A stretch of 64,000 nucleotides of DNA from positions 30 to 64,029 of the forward strand of contig JAJYIU010000021.1 of the NCBI GenBank assembly GCA_021789895.1, given 5' to 3'. This stretch comes from Acidobacteriota bacterium (GTDB taxonomy: Bacteria > Acidobacteriota > Terriglobia > Terriglobales > SCQP01). Positions 54,386 to 64,000 of this stretch are shown here, in pieces (position 1 is the first letter of the stretch; the number at the start of each line of letters is the position of its first letter). Position numbers and translations under genes: made by a program. The notes below the pieces were generated by a model. The model saw nothing but the letters and a program-made list of their open reading frames with translations, was not told the DNA's origin and ran no database searches.

Positions 54386-57300
54386 TCAGCGTTGCGGCGA
54401 GGCGCTGGTCAGCGCCGCCACGGTGGCGTTGGCTTTTTTCAGTTGGATGGGCGCGCCGGCGAAGAGCGTAGTCGCGCCGCTTTTGATCGCCAGATGGTTG
54501 AAAGCGACCACGTCGGTTTTCAGTATCTGGTTGAACTGGTTGAGATAGCCTTCCAATTGCGGCCGCATGCGGCGGATGGCGGCCAGCTCATTCGGCGCCG
54601 GCGGACGATCGTAATTAAATACGCCGAACATCAGCCGCTGATACTGGCCGTGGAAAGCGGTGAGGTAATGTATGTCGTCTTCGCCGACGTTGCGCTGCAC
54701 GTGGGGATTGTAGAGGGTGTCCTGCAGCTTGGCGATTTTCTTGCCGAGCAGCCCGGCCTGGTGCAGCAGGGGCTGGTACTTGGCGCCCTCGCTGCCGAGC
54801 AGGTTGCTGGCGGCGGCAAGTTGCAGGCGCAGGCTATGCATGCGGTTCAGCGCCTGGTTCATGGCGGAGATATCATCGCGCAACTCGAGCGCGGTGCGCA
54901 GATCCGCCTGGAAGGCGGCGGGATGGAAGGGCAACCGCGGATCCGGCACCACGCGCACGGTGGTTTTCTCGGTGACGCCGGCTGCGGTAACAGCGACGTG
55001 GTAGAGCCCCGGGCCGGCGGGCGGGCCAAAGCTGCGGAAGAAGCCGCCGCCGCCGCCCGGACGCCGCCGCGGCGGCTGCAGGCGAAGCGGCTTGGGACCG
55101 GAGTAATTCACGCCCCAGACGAACTGATTGACGCCGGCCTTGGCCGGGCCGTAGAGGGTTTTGATGGTCTGACCGGCGGCATTGGTGATGACAATGCGCA
55201 CCGGGGAGTGATGCTTTTTCCGCTCCGCAGGCGTGGGTTTGAGCGCAGTTTTGAGGTAATAAGTCAACACCGCGCCCGCGGGCGGATTGGGGGTAGTGAA
55301 CGAGCCGGGCTCTTCGAAGCCACTGCGGCGGAAGCCGCGGAACAGCGTCACTTTGGCCGCCGGGAACAGGGTCAGTTTCGAGGCGGCGACCGCATCCGAC
55401 CAGTGCTCGAAGGGAATCAGATTATCCAGCACGAACAAGCCGCGGCCGTGGGTGGCGACGACGAGCGCATGCGCAGCGGGCACGAATTTCAGGTCATAGA
55501 CCGGGGTGGTGGGGAAATTGGCGAGCGGAAAGCGCTGCCACTGATCGCCGTGATTGAACGAGTAGTAGAGGCCGGTGTCGGTGCCGAGCACCAGGAAGCC
55601 GCGGCGGAGCGGATCTTCGCGCAGCACATGAGCGGAGGCATCAGCGGGCAGCCCGGCATCAATCGCCTGCCAGGTATGGCCGAAGTCGGTGGTGCGGAAA
55701 ACGTATGGGTGATTGTCGTCGAGCTCGTGGCGGTCCACGGCGAGATAGCAGGTGCCGGCGGCGAAGGGCGAAGGCTCGATCTGGGAGATGCGTCCCCAGG
55801 GGCCGACGCCGGACAGATTGGCGGCGACGTTGGTCCAGGTCCTGCCGCCGTTGCGGGTATATTGCACCTGGCCGTCGTCGGTGCCGACCCAGATCAGATT
55901 GGGATTGAGCGGCGAGATGCCGATGGAAAGAATGGTGTCGTAGGTTTCGGCGCCGCTGATGTCGTAATCAATCGGGCCGCCGCTGGTCTGCTGCTTGGTT
56001 TTATCGTTGCGGGTGAGGTCCGGGCTGATCGCCTTCCAGTTCAGGCCGCCGTCGGTCGAGCGCAGCAGCACATTGGCGCCCATATAGACGATGTTCGGAT
56101 TGGTGGCGGAAACCGCAATCGGGGTGGTCCAATTGAAGCGGTAGCGCAGCTTGGCGGGGGATTCCTGCGAGACCCCGCGCATGCTCGGCCGGATGTAGCG
56201 GCTGGCGCCGGTTTTGAGATTGATACGCGAGGCGTAGCCGTTCTGCGCTTCGGCATAAATGATCCGCGGATTGCTGGGCGCGGGTACGACGTATTGCCCG
56301 TCGCCGCCGGCCACGGTGTACCAGTTGGAGGGCCCGATATCGAAGCCGCTCAGGTTGTGCGAGATGCCGCACCAGGCGTTGTTATCCTGCAGGCCGCCGC
56401 AGAGATGATAAGGATTGCGGGTATCGGCCGCCACCTGATAGAACTGCTCGATGGGAAGGTTGTTGAAGTAACGGAAATGCGCGCCGGCGTCGGTGGAGAG
56501 GTAGGCGCCGCCGTCATTGCCGACCAGGACGCGATTGGCGTTGGCGGGATCGATCCAGATGGCGTGGTAATCCACGTGCACGCCTTGGGCAATCACGCGG
56601 GCCGTGCGTCCGCCGTCGTTCGATTCCGACATGTTCATGGCCACGAAATAGACCCGGTTGGCATTGTCCGGGGCGACGGCAAGGTGGCTGAAATAGAAGG
56701 GGCGCACGTCGAGCAGGTGGTTGTGGCTGACCAGATGCCAATGGCTGCCGAGATCGCTGGACGCCCAGAGCGTGCCCTTGCGGCTCTCGATCAGGGCATA
56801 AATCAGATTGGGCCGGCTGGGCGCCGCCGCCAACCCGATACGGCCCACCAGGCCGGTGGGCAGGCCGGCATGCAGGCGCTGCCAGGTGGCGCCGCCGTCG
56901 GTAGAGCGGAAGATGCCGCTGGCTTTGCCGCCGCTTTCAAGAATCCAGGGAAAACGCTTGAATTCCCACATGCCGGCAAACAGCACCATGGGATTGCCGG
57001 GATCCATGATCAGGTCGGAACAGCCGGTGTGGTCGTTGACGAAGAGCACTTTTTTCCAAGTGGCGCCGCCGTCGGTGGTGCGATAAACGCCGCGCTGGGG
57101 ATTGGGGGCCCAGACATGGCCCAGGGCGGCTACCAGCACATCATTCGGGTCTTGCGGATTGATGACGATGCGGGTGATCTGCCCGACTGTTCCCAGGCCT
57201 TTGAAGGTCCAGTGGGCGCCGCCGTCGGCGGAAAAGAAGATGCCGGCGCCGGTGGTCACATCATTACGCGGATTGCCTTCGCCCGTGCCGACCCAAACCA

Positions 57301-57613
57301 GGTTGGGGTTCGAGGGGGCGAGCGCGATGGCGCCAATCGAGCCGGTCGGCTGCTTGGTGAAGATCGCCTGCCAGGAGAGGCCGCCATCCTCGGTTTTCCA
57401 TACCCCGCCGCCGGCCGAGCCGACGTAATAAATGTTGGGATTGCCGGGCACGCCGGCCACCGCGGCCACGCGTCCGCCGGCGATCGCGGGTCCGAGATTA
57501 CGGAATTTCAGTCCCAGGAAGGGGTTTTTGGCGGGCGCCGCCGCAGCCAGGGCGGTCAGCGCGATTGCTAGCAAGCCCGCAGCCGCGGCCAGTTTCAAGC
57601 TTCCGGATTTCAT
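54386..57613 (-). CDS. Large secreted Asp-box (BNR) repeat protein, sortilin/VPS10- or GH74-like double beta-propeller
   Basis: Signal peptide (MKSGSLKLAAAAGLLAIALTALAAAAP). At least 10 Asp-box repeats are present (KTEDGGLSW, SADGGAHW, TTDGGATW, STDGGATW, STDGGLNW, TRNGGRTW, TTDFGHTW...). Confidence 0.8.
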   Translation of the reverse strand: MKSGSLKLAAAAGLLAIALTALAAAAPAKNPFLGLKFRNLGPAIAGGRVAAVAGVPGNPNIYYVGSAGGGVWKTEDGGLSWQAIFTKQPTGSIGAIALAPSNPNLVWVGTGEGNPRNDVTTGAGIFFSADGGAHWTFKGLGTVGQITRIVINPQDPNDVLVAALGHVWAPNPQRGVYRTTDGGATWKKVLFVNDHTGCSDLIMDPGNPMVLFAGMWEFKRFPWILESGGKASGIFRSTDGGATWQRLHAGLPTGLVGRIGLAAAPSRPNLIYALIESRKGTLWASSDLGSHWHLVSHNHLLDVRPFYFSHLAVAPDNANRVYFVAMNMSESNDGGRTARVIAQGVHVDYHAIWIDPANANRVLVGNDGGAYLSTDAGAHFRYFNNLPIEQFYQVAADTRNPYHLCGGLQDNNAWCGISHNLSGFDIGPSNWYTVAGGDGQYVVPAPSNPRIIYAEAQNGYASRINLKTGASRYIRPSMRGVSQESPAKLRYRFNWTTPIAVSATNPNIVYMGANVLLRSTDGGLNWKAISPDLTRNDKTKQQTSGGPIDYDISGAETYDTILSIGISPLNPNLIWVGTDDGQVQYTRNGGRTWTNVAANLSGVGPWGRISQIEPSPFAAGTCYLAVDRHELDDNHPYVFRTTDFGHTWQAIDAGLPADASAHVLREDPLRRGFLVLGTDTGLYYSFNHGDQWQRFPLANFPTTPVYDLKFVPAAHALVVATHGRGLFVLDNLIPFEHWSDAVAASKLTLFPAAKVTLFRGFRRSGFEEPGSFTTPNPPAGAVLTYYLKTALKPTPAERKKHHSPVRIVITNAAGQTIKTLYGPAKAGVNQFVWGVNYSGPKPLRLQPPRRRPGGGGGFFRSFGPPAGPGLYHVAVTAAGVTEKTTVRVVPDPRLPFHPAAFQADLRTALELRDDISAMNQALNRMHSLRLQLAAASNLLGSEGAKYQPLLHQAGLLGKKIAKLQDTLYNPHVQRNVGEDDIHYLTAFHGQYQRLMFGVFNYDRPPAPNELAAIRRMRPQLEGYLNQFNQILKTDVVAFNHLAIKSGATTLFAGAPIQLKKANATVAALTSASPQR

Positions 57614-57812
57614 GGATATCTGCCTCTCCAGGCGAAATTTAGGCGGCTCGTCCCACCTGACGAAGGGCGCACCGCCGGAATACGAAACATGGTACGCCAA
57701 CACCGGCCTTCAGGTTACGGGTAAATGCCGGGAAAAAAAGCGGCATCCGCGGGCGGCGCAAGATGTGCCCGGGCGCTTGCGCGAACACGCGGGCATCTGA
57801 TCTGATGGAGCC

Positions 57813-59576
57813 ATGGGGACGGAAGCGCATCCCAGCCCGGGCGGCATCGCGCCAAGCGGGGGCGAATTTCTGCTGCGCCTGCCCGCGCGCATTGCCACGC
57901 CGGAGGATTTCAGCGAACAACAGCGCATGATCGGCGCCACCGCCGAGCGTTTTGCCCGCGAAGAGGTCGAACCCGCGGCAGAAGAGCTGGAGAAGCCCGA
58001 CCTGGAACGCCTGCGCGCGCTGTTGCGCCAGGCGGCGGAACTGGGCTTATGCGCCGCCGACGTGCCGGAAGCCTATGGTGGACTGGGATTGGGGCTGGGG
58101 TGCTCGACCATCATCGCCGACCGGATCGCGCGCTATGGCTCGTTTTCAGTCAGCTTCAGCGGGCACACCGGCATCGGCATGCTGCCCATCCTCTACTTCG
58201 GCACGGAAGCGCAGAAGCAGCGCTATCTGCCGCGGCTGGTTTCCGGCGAATGGATTGGCGCGTATGCGTTGAGCGAATCGGGGGCGGGTTCCGATGCGCT
58301 GGCGGCGCGGGCGCGGGCCGAATTGACGCCCGGCGGCTACCGGCTCGACGGCGAGAAGATGTGGATCACCAACGCCGCGCTGGCCAGCCTGTTCACCGTT
58401 TTCGCCAAGGTGGAAGGCGAGCGCTTTACCGCGTTCCTGGTCGAGCGCGGCTTTGCCGGCGTTTCGCTGGGCGCGGAAGAGCACAAGATGGGGCTCAAAG
58501 GCTCGTCCACCCGCCCCCTGCTGCTGGCGCAGGCGCAAGTTCCCGAAGCCAACGTGCTTGGCGAAATCGGACGCGGGCACGTGGTGGCGTTCAATATCCT
58601 CAATATCGGGCGGTTGAAGCTGGCGGCCGCCTGCCTGGGAGGCGCGCGCACCACGCTGGCCGACGCGGCTGCCTATGCCCGCCAGCGGCAGGCCTTTGGC
58701 CGCGCCATCGCCGAGTTCGGCCTGGTGCGGCAAATGCTGGCCGCGATCGCCGCCGATCTATACGCCTGCGAAGCCGCCGTGTATCGCACCGTCGGCCTGA
58801 TCGAGGCGCGGCTGGAAGCGGCCGCCGGCGCGCCCGGAGCCACGCCGGCCGGGCTGGAAGCCTTTGCGGTGGAATGCTCGCTGCTCAAGGTGGCGGGCAG
58901 CGAGATGCTCGACCGCGCGGTGGATTTGAACGTGCAACTGCACGGCGGCTACGGATATGTCCAGGGCTACGCCGCCGAGCGGGCGTTTCGCGACGCGCGC
59001 GTGAACCGCATTTTCGAAGGCACGAACGAGATCAACCGGCTGCTGATATCCGGGCTGGCGCTGCGCCGGGCGCAAAAGGGAGAATTAGAGCTGATGGCGG
59101 CGATCCAGGCGGCGCAAGACGAACTGCTGGCGCGGCGCGCGCCCGCCGCCGCCGAGCCCGCCGCGCGGATATGGCTGGAAGGGGCGCGCGCGCTGCTGCT
59201 GCTGCTGGCCGGCAGCGCCTGGCGGAAATACCAGGAACAACTGGCCGAAGCCCAACCCGTGCTGGCGGCGCTCTCCGACCTGATGCTGGAGCTATACCTG
59301 GCGCAATCGGCGGCGCTGCGGTCGGCGCAGGCGGCGCCGACGCCGCAGGCGGAGACGCATGCGCTGCTGGCGCGCTCGGCGCTGGCGCGCGGGGCCGAAC
59401 GCTTCGAAACCGCGGCACGCCGCCTGACCGCGGCGGTGGCCGAAGGCGACGCCTGGCGCACGCTCAATGCGGCGCGGCGGCGGCTGCTGGCGCGCGAGCC
59501 GGAAGATCCGTTCCGGCTCGAAAACCAGGTGGCGGAAGCGGTGCTGGAGAAGCGCCGCTATCCGGTGGAGTGGTGA
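57813..59576 (+). CDS. Acyl-CoA dehydrogenase, long form with C-terminal extension
   Basis: GAYALSESGAGSDA, KMWITNA and QLHGGYGYVQGYAAERAFRDARVNRIFEGTNEI are ACAD N/M/C domains. About 150 extra C-terminal residues follow. Confidence 0.9.
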   Translation: MGTEAHPSPGGIAPSGGEFLLRLPARIATPEDFSEQQRMIGATAERFAREEVEPAAEELEKPDLERLRALLRQAAELGLCAADVPEAYGGLGLGLGCSTIIADRIARYGSFSVSFSGHTGIGMLPILYFGTEAQKQRYLPRLVSGEWIGAYALSESGAGSDALAARARAELTPGGYRLDGEKMWITNAALASLFTVFAKVEGERFTAFLVERGFAGVSLGAEEHKMGLKGSSTRPLLLAQAQVPEANVLGEIGRGHVVAFNILNIGRLKLAAACLGGARTTLADAAAYARQRQAFGRAIAEFGLVRQMLAAIAADLYACEAAVYRTVGLIEARLEAAAGAPGATPAGLEAFAVECSLLKVAGSEMLDRAVDLNVQLHGGYGYVQGYAAERAFRDARVNRIFEGTNEINRLLISGLALRRAQKGELELMAAIQAAQDELLARRAPAAAEPAARIWLEGARALLLLLAGSAWRKYQEQLAEAQPVLAALSDLMLELYLAQSAALRSAQAAPTPQAETHALLARSALARGAERFETAARRLTAAVAEGDAWRTLNAARRRLLAREPEDPFRLENQVAEAVLEKRRYPVEW

Positions 59577-59767
59577 ATGGCCCGAGCCAGCCACTTGCGG
59601 CGAGACACCAAGCGCCAAATGAAACTGCCATAAAACTCAGGCAGATATATGAATCTAAAGGATTTATATTTATCTGGAAAGGGCAGGAGAAAATGACAAA
59701 GTGTCTCGCTTCTCATTAAAGTTTTCTAATCGAAAATCACTACAATGGTAGTAACCGTGCGGCGGCA

Positions 59768-60397
59768 TTATTTTTCTCCCGGCGGGAGTTCAACGACATG
59801 GGCGCCGGCGCGCTGCAGTTCCCCGATTGCGGCGCGGCTGGCGGCGGCATTGATGCCGCGCATGGCCGGCGTTAAAAGCAGCACTTCAAAACCGTTTTCC
59901 AGGGCGGCGGCGGCGGTGGCGCGCACGCAATAATCGGTTGCCAGGCCGCCGATCCAGAGCCGGCGCACGCCATCGCGATGCAGCCGGGCGGCGAGGGATT
60001 CGCCGCTCGGGTCGCGTCCGTCGAAGCCGCTATAGCCGTCTTCGGTCTCGCCCACGCCCTTGGAAATAATCACGGTGCGCGGCGGCAGCCGCAATCCGGG
60101 ATGGAAATCCGCTCCCGGGGAGCCGGCGACGCAGTGCGGCGGCCAGGGGCCGGCGGGCTGAAAATGGCGGCTGTTGGGGGGATGCCAATCGCGTGTGGCA
60201 TAGACGTGGCTTGGGCGGCAGCGGCCGAAGAAGTCATTCCAGGCGGGCACGACGGCGTCTCCCTCGGGCACCGCCAGCGCGCCGCCGGGGCAAAAATCGC
60301 GTTGCACGTCCACGACCAGCGCGGCGTCTTCAGGCGGCAAGGGGCAGGGCGGGATGGAACTCGAGGCTGCGTCCATAGAGGTTGCGGCAGCTTTCAT
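59768..60397 (-). CDS. pncA: Nicotinamidase/pyrazinamidase (isochorismatase family)
   Basis: LVVDVQRDFCPGGALAV...ATRDWHPPNSRHF...GGLATDYCV (catalytic Cys context). ATG at 60397 preceded by GGGGAG. Confidence 0.85.
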   Translation of the reverse strand: MKAAATSMDAASSSIPPCPLPPEDAALVVDVQRDFCPGGALAVPEGDAVVPAWNDFFGRCRPSHVYATRDWHPPNSRHFQPAGPWPPHCVAGSPGADFHPGLRLPPRTVIISKGVGETEDGYSGFDGRDPSGESLAARLHRDGVRRLWIGGLATDYCVRATAAAALENGFEVLLLTPAMRGINAAASRAAIGELQRAGAHVVELPPGEK

Positions 60398-60470
60398 TTT
60401 CGCACTCCCCAAGCGATTGACCGGGGCGAAGCGGGCGCGGCATACTTGGGCCATGCAGATGGGAGCGAAG

Positions 60471-61298
60471 ATGCCTGCCAAAACCGCGCCGGAAACCCAC
60501 CCGATGCTGGAGGAATTGGAAACCAGCCTGGGGGGGCTGAAAGCCGTGATCGTGGATGACGAACGGCTGGCGCGCGAGGAGTTGGCCTATCTGCTGCACA
60601 GCTATGCGGAAGTGGAGATTGTCGCCCAGGGCCGCAACGGGCTGGAAGCGGTGCAACTAGTGCGGCAGCACCACCCCGATCTGCTGTTTCTGGACGTGCA
60701 GATGCCCGGGCTCGACGGCTTCGGCGTGATACGCAAGCTGCGGGAGAAGCATATCCCGCTACCGCATCTGATTTTCGCCACCGCCTACGACCAATACGCC
60801 GTCAAGGCCTTCGAAGTCAACGCGGTGGATTACCTGCTCAAGCCGTTCGACAAGGCGCGGCTGGCGAAAGCGATGGAAAAAGTGCGGCGCGAGCGCGCCC
60901 CCGAGCCGGAACAGAAGCTGGACCGGGTGCTGCGGCTGCTGGAGGAGCAGCGCCCGGCGGCGCCCGCGCGGGTGCTGTTGAAAGCCGCCGGGCGCCATTT
61001 CCTGCTCGACCCGGAAGACATCGTCTATGCCCGCATCGAAGACGGGGTGATCACCGTCATTGGACGCCAGCTCGAAGGCCAGAGCAACTTCCGCACGCTG
61101 GAAGAACTGCAGGCGGTGCTCGACGAGAAAATTTTCTGGCGCGCGCACCGTTCCTATCTCGTCAATTTGAACCAGATTCGCGAAGTCGTGCCCTGGTTCA
61201 ACAGCAGCTATCAGCTCCGCATGAACGACCGGCAGCAGGCCGAGATTCCGGTCAGCCGCAACCAGAGCCGGCGCTTGCGCGAGCTGTTCAACCTATAG
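60471..61298 (+). CDS. LytR/AlgR (LytTR) family response regulator
   Basis: REC ([14 protein letters not shown]...[14 protein letters not shown]...VDYLLKPF) plus a LytTR DNA-binding domain ([18 protein letters not shown]). I chose the start at 60471 because GGGAG lies 5 nt upstream; 60453 and 60504 are alternatives. Confidence 0.85.
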   Translation: MPAKTAPETHPMLEELETSLGGLKAVIVDDERLAREELAYLLHSYAEVEIVAQGRNGLEAVQLVRQHHPDLLFLDVQMPGLDGFGVIRKLREKHIPLPHLIFATAYDQYAVKAFEVNAVDYLLKPFDKARLAKAMEKVRRERAPEPEQKLDRVLRLLEEQRPAAPARVLLKAAGRHFLLDPEDIVYARIEDGVITVIGRQLEGQSNFRTLEELQAVLDEKIFWRAHRSYLVNLNQIREVVPWFNSSYQLRMNDRQQAEIPVSRNQSRRLRELFNL

Positions 61299-61306
61299 CC
61301 AAGCCG

Positions 61307-63454
61307 ATGAGAACCAAACCCGAACTCCACGCCGAGCCGGCCCCGCTGCCCGGCGGGCTCAGCCGCGAGCGTCTGCTGGAACTTTACCGCCTGATGCTGC
61401 TGTCGCGCAGTCTCGACGACCGCGAGATCCTGCTCAAGCGGCAGCAGCGCATTTTTTTCCAGATCAGCGGCGCCGGGCATGAAGCGGTGCAATTGGCGGC
61501 GGCGGAGCGCATGCGCTCGGGCCAAGACTGGTTCTATCTCTATTACCGCGACCGGGCGCTGTGCCTGGGGCTGGGGGTAACGCCGGCGGCGATGCTGCTG
61601 CAAAGCGTGGGGGCGGCCGCCGACCCCGCCTCCGGCGGGCGGCAGATGCCTTCGCACTGGAGCGACACCGCGCGCCACATCGTCAGCGGCTCCAGCCCCA
61701 CCGGGACGCAATTCCTGCAGGCCGTCGGCTGCGCCGAAGCCGGGGTACAGTTGCGGCGGCGTCCCGAGCTGGGCGCCTGGCTGGCGGCGCATCCCACGCC
61801 GCGCGCGGCGGAGTGGGCCGAGGAGGAAGTCACGCTGGTGAGCGGCGGCGAAGGCGCCACCAGCGAGGGCGAGTTCTGGGAAGCGGTCAACACCGCCTGC
61901 CGGGAAAAGCTGCCGGTGCTGTTTCTGATCGAGGACAACGGCTACGCCATTTCCGTGCCGGTCGAAGTCCAGACCGCCGGGGGCAGCATCTCGGCGCTGC
62001 TGGCCGGCTTCCCCGCCCTGCTGCGGCGCGAGTGCGACGGCTGCGACCTGTTCGCGTCGCTGACGGCGATGGACGAGGCGCTGGCGTGGTGCCGCGCCGG
62101 CCAGGGCCCGGCGCTGGTGCATGCCCACGTCACCCGCCCGTACTCGCATTCGCTCTCGGACGACGAGCGTTTATACCGGCCCGAGACGGAGCGCGAGGCG
62201 GAGGCAGAGCGCGATCCGCTGCGGCGCCTGAAGCAGTACCTGTTGGAGCAGCGCCTGGCCACCGCCGCCGAACTGAAAGCGGCGGCGGCGGCGGTGCAGG
62301 AAGAAATTCTGGCGGCGACCGACGCCGCGCTGGCCGCCGCGCCCGCCGCCGACGCGCACAGCCAGCTTTACTCGCCGGCGGTGGACATTACCGGCGAGGG
62401 CTTCGCCACGCCGGCGCAGAACGAAGGCGCGCCGCGCACCATGGTCGAGCTGATCAACGCCTGCCTGCGGGACGAGATGCGGCGCGATCCGCGCATCGTG
62501 GTGATGGGCGAAGACGTGGCCGACTGCAGCCGCGCCGCCAACCTGGACAAGATCAAGGGCAAGGGCGGGGTTTTCAAGGTCACCGCCGGCCTGCAGCGCG
62601 AGTTCGGGGAGGCGCGGGTGTTCAATACCCCGCTCGCCGAAGCCGCCATCGTCGGCCGCGCCCTCGGCCTGGCCACGCGCGGGCTGATGCCGGCGGCGGA
62701 AATCCAGTTTTTCGATTACATCTGGCCGGCGATGATGCAGATCCGCAACGAGCTGGCGGTGCTGCGCTGGCGCTCGGCCGGCGGCTGGAGCGCGCCGCTG
62801 GTGCTGCGCGTTCCCATCGGCGGCTATCTCACCGGCGGCGCCATCTACCATAGCCAGTGCGGCGAGGCGCTGTTTACCCACATGCCCGGCCTGCGCGTGG
62901 CCATGCCCGCGACGGCGCTGGATGCCAACGGGCTGCTGCGCACCGCGCTGCGCGGCGACGATCCGGTGCTGTTTCTCGAGCACAAACGCCTCTACCGCGA
63001 GCCCTTCAACCGGCACCCCTATCCGGGGCCGGATTTCTGCATTCCCTTCGGCCGCGCCCGCGTGGTCCAGCCGGGCAGCGATCTCACCGTCGTAACCTAC
63101 GGCGCGGTGGTGCAGCGCGCGGTGCAGGCGGCGCAACGGCTGGCGCGCGAGCGCACCGCCGCGATCGAGATTCTCGACCTGCGCACGCTGCAGCCCTACG
63201 ACTGGGAAGCGATTGCCGCCTCGGCCCAAAAAACCGGCAAAGTCCTGGTGGCCTATGAAGACATGCGCAGTTGGGGCTATGGCGCGGAGCTGGCGGCGCG
63301 GATTGCCGAGGAATTGTTCGATTGGCTGGACGCGCCGGTGCGCCGGGTCGCCGCCCAAGACCTCTACTGCGCTTACCAGCCCAAGCTGGAAGACGAGATA
63401 CTGCCGCAGGCGGAAGATTTATATCGAGCGCTGGACGAGCTGCTGCGCTATTGA
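61307..63454 (+). CDS. Fused alpha-beta E1 component of a 2-oxoacid (branched-chain/pyruvate-type) dehydrogenase, TPP-dependent
   Basis: The N-terminal half has E1-alpha features ([16 protein letters not shown]...[14 protein letters not shown]...[13 protein letters not shown]). The C-terminal half has E1-beta features ([13 protein letters not shown]...VVMGEDV...[12 protein letters not shown]...). It is a single 715-aa reading frame. Confidence 0.85.
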   Translation: MRTKPELHAEPAPLPGGLSRERLLELYRLMLLSRSLDDREILLKRQQRIFFQISGAGHEAVQLAAAERMRSGQDWFYLYYRDRALCLGLGVTPAAMLLQSVGAAADPASGGRQMPSHWSDTARHIVSGSSPTGTQFLQAVGCAEAGVQLRRRPELGAWLAAHPTPRAAEWAEEEVTLVSGGEGATSEGEFWEAVNTACREKLPVLFLIEDNGYAISVPVEVQTAGGSISALLAGFPALLRRECDGCDLFASLTAMDEALAWCRAGQGPALVHAHVTRPYSHSLSDDERLYRPETEREAEAERDPLRRLKQYLLEQRLATAAELKAAAAAVQEEILAATDAALAAAPAADAHSQLYSPAVDITGEGFATPAQNEGAPRTMVELINACLRDEMRRDPRIVVMGEDVADCSRAANLDKIKGKGGVFKVTAGLQREFGEARVFNTPLAEAAIVGRALGLATRGLMPAAEIQFFDYIWPAMMQIRNELAVLRWRSAGGWSAPLVLRVPIGGYLTGGAIYHSQCGEALFTHMPGLRVAMPATALDANGLLRTALRGDDPVLFLEHKRLYREPFNRHPYPGPDFCIPFGRARVVQPGSDLTVVTYGAVVQRAVQAAQRLARERTAAIEILDLRTLQPYDWEAIAASAQKTGKVLVAYEDMRSWGYGAELAARIAEELFDWLDAPVRRVAAQDLYCAYQPKLEDEILPQAEDLYRALDELLRY

Positions 63455-63491
63455 AGCCGCCGGCGGCCGCCGCAGCGGTCCGCCGGCGCCA

Positions 63492-64000
63492 TCAGCGCGG
63501 CTTGAGGGCGAAGACTTTGACGCTGGCCGCGGCCTGATTGATATCGAAACGGGCGAGCAGTTGCCGCAAGGCTTCCGACTGCGCCGCCATGCCGCCGGCC
63601 GGCGCGCAGCAGGAACCATCCACGATCGGGAACGTTTCCGCCGCCGGCGGGGCGCCGGAGCAGCAAACGCTCTGGTTTTCCAGCTTGGCGTAGGCATTCA
63701 AGTCGGCGCCGCTGTCGAGGATTTCGACCGGATCGAAGCCGGCCGCCAGCAGGCCGCGGCGATACTCGTCGAGCGGGATGGCGCCGGCGATGCAGCCCAC
63801 GTAGGCAGCCAGGTTGGCAGCGATTTCCGGGGGCAATTCGGCTTTCAGGGCGATATCGCTGACGGCCAGCCTGCCGCCGGGCTTCAGCACGCGGGCGATT
63901 TCGCGAAAAACCGCCGGCTTGTCGGGCGCCAGGTTGATCACGCAATTGCTGATGACGCAATCGGCGGAGGCCTCCGCGAGCGGCAGGCGATCAATCGCGG
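63492..64000 (-). CDS. arsM: Arsenite S-adenosylmethionine methyltransferase-like protein, C-terminal part; 5' end outside the window
   Basis: The frame continues past the listed Met to the window edge (..[34 protein letters not shown]...) and has a Cys-rich C-terminus (CCSG...SCCAP), as in ArsM/AS3MT-type methyltransferases. Confidence 0.7.
   Translation of the reverse strand, partial: AIDRLPLAEASADCVISNCVINLAPDKPAVFREIARVLKPGGRLAVSDIALKAELPPEIAANLAAYVGCIAGAIPLDEYRRGLLAAGFDPVEILDSGADLNAYAKLENQSVCCSGAPPAAETFPIVDGSCCAPAGGMAAQSEALRQLLARFDINQAAASVKVFALKPR

Noticed and set aside
54392-57571. A 1059-aa plus-strand ORF, and similar long ORFs at 4110..5897(+), 13989..16637(+), 17811..19346(+), 23346..24695(-), 26301..27767(-), 27844..28998(-), 33067..34500(-), 62171..63358(-) and 8504..9946(-).
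   Set aside because: All are mirror-frame shadows of strongly supported genes on the other strand. They have Arg/Gly/Ala/Pro-biased, motif-free translations typical of high-GC DNA, and none has recognisable domains.
59693-59719. An 8-codon ORF (MTKCLASH) preceded by AGGAGA in the AT-rich spacer, considered as a leader peptide.
   Set aside because: The Shine-Dalgarno spacing is only about 2 nt. No downstream same-strand gene exists that it could regulate, so it is most likely a chance ORF.

Overview
This is a very GC-rich, gene-dense chromosomal segment with about 55 protein-coding genes. I found no rRNA, tRNA, CRISPR array, transposase or integrase. The gene content looks like a soil Acidobacteriota-type bacterium, but that is inference only. 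It includes several Gfo/Idh/MocA oxidoreductases, a 1100-aa Asp-box/sortilin-like protein, a GH44-like secreted protein, bshC, a fused 2-oxoacid dehydrogenase E1 alpha-beta, and TonB. Most of the window is ordinary housekeeping or catabolic genes: glycosyltransferases, an aldo/keto reductase, a ROK kinase, a xanthine-dehydrogenase-family Mo enzyme, glpK-glpF, an acyl-CoA dehydrogenase, pncA and arsM. The stand-out is a roughly 13.5 kb plus-strand block at 21.8-35.3 kb. It starts with a myo-inositol-1-phosphate synthase, followed by tightly coupled genes for a complete private type-II fatty-acid-synthase-like elongation set. That set comprises a FabL-type enoyl reductase, an oversized ACP, FabZ, FabG and four KS-type genes arranged as two KS/KS-like pairs. 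The block is bracketed by two paralogous CapK/PaaK(F390-synthetase)-like ligases and ends with a DegT-family aminotransferase. It has no FabD/FabH, thioesterase or acyltransferase. I read it as a candidate undescribed pathway for a cyclitol- or aminocyclitol-linked specialised lipid (hypothesis). Secondary oddities are listed below.
- A REC-HisKA protein without an ATPase domain sits next to a sigma-54 activator.
- A receiver domain has its phospho-acceptor Asp replaced by Asn.
- A short BoxB-like di-iron oxygenase operon lacks BoxA/BoxC.
- A SCO1 protein is fused to a second redox-dead thioredoxin-like domain.
Many long ORFs in the supplied track are antisense or out-of-frame shadows typical of high-GC DNA, and I discarded them.
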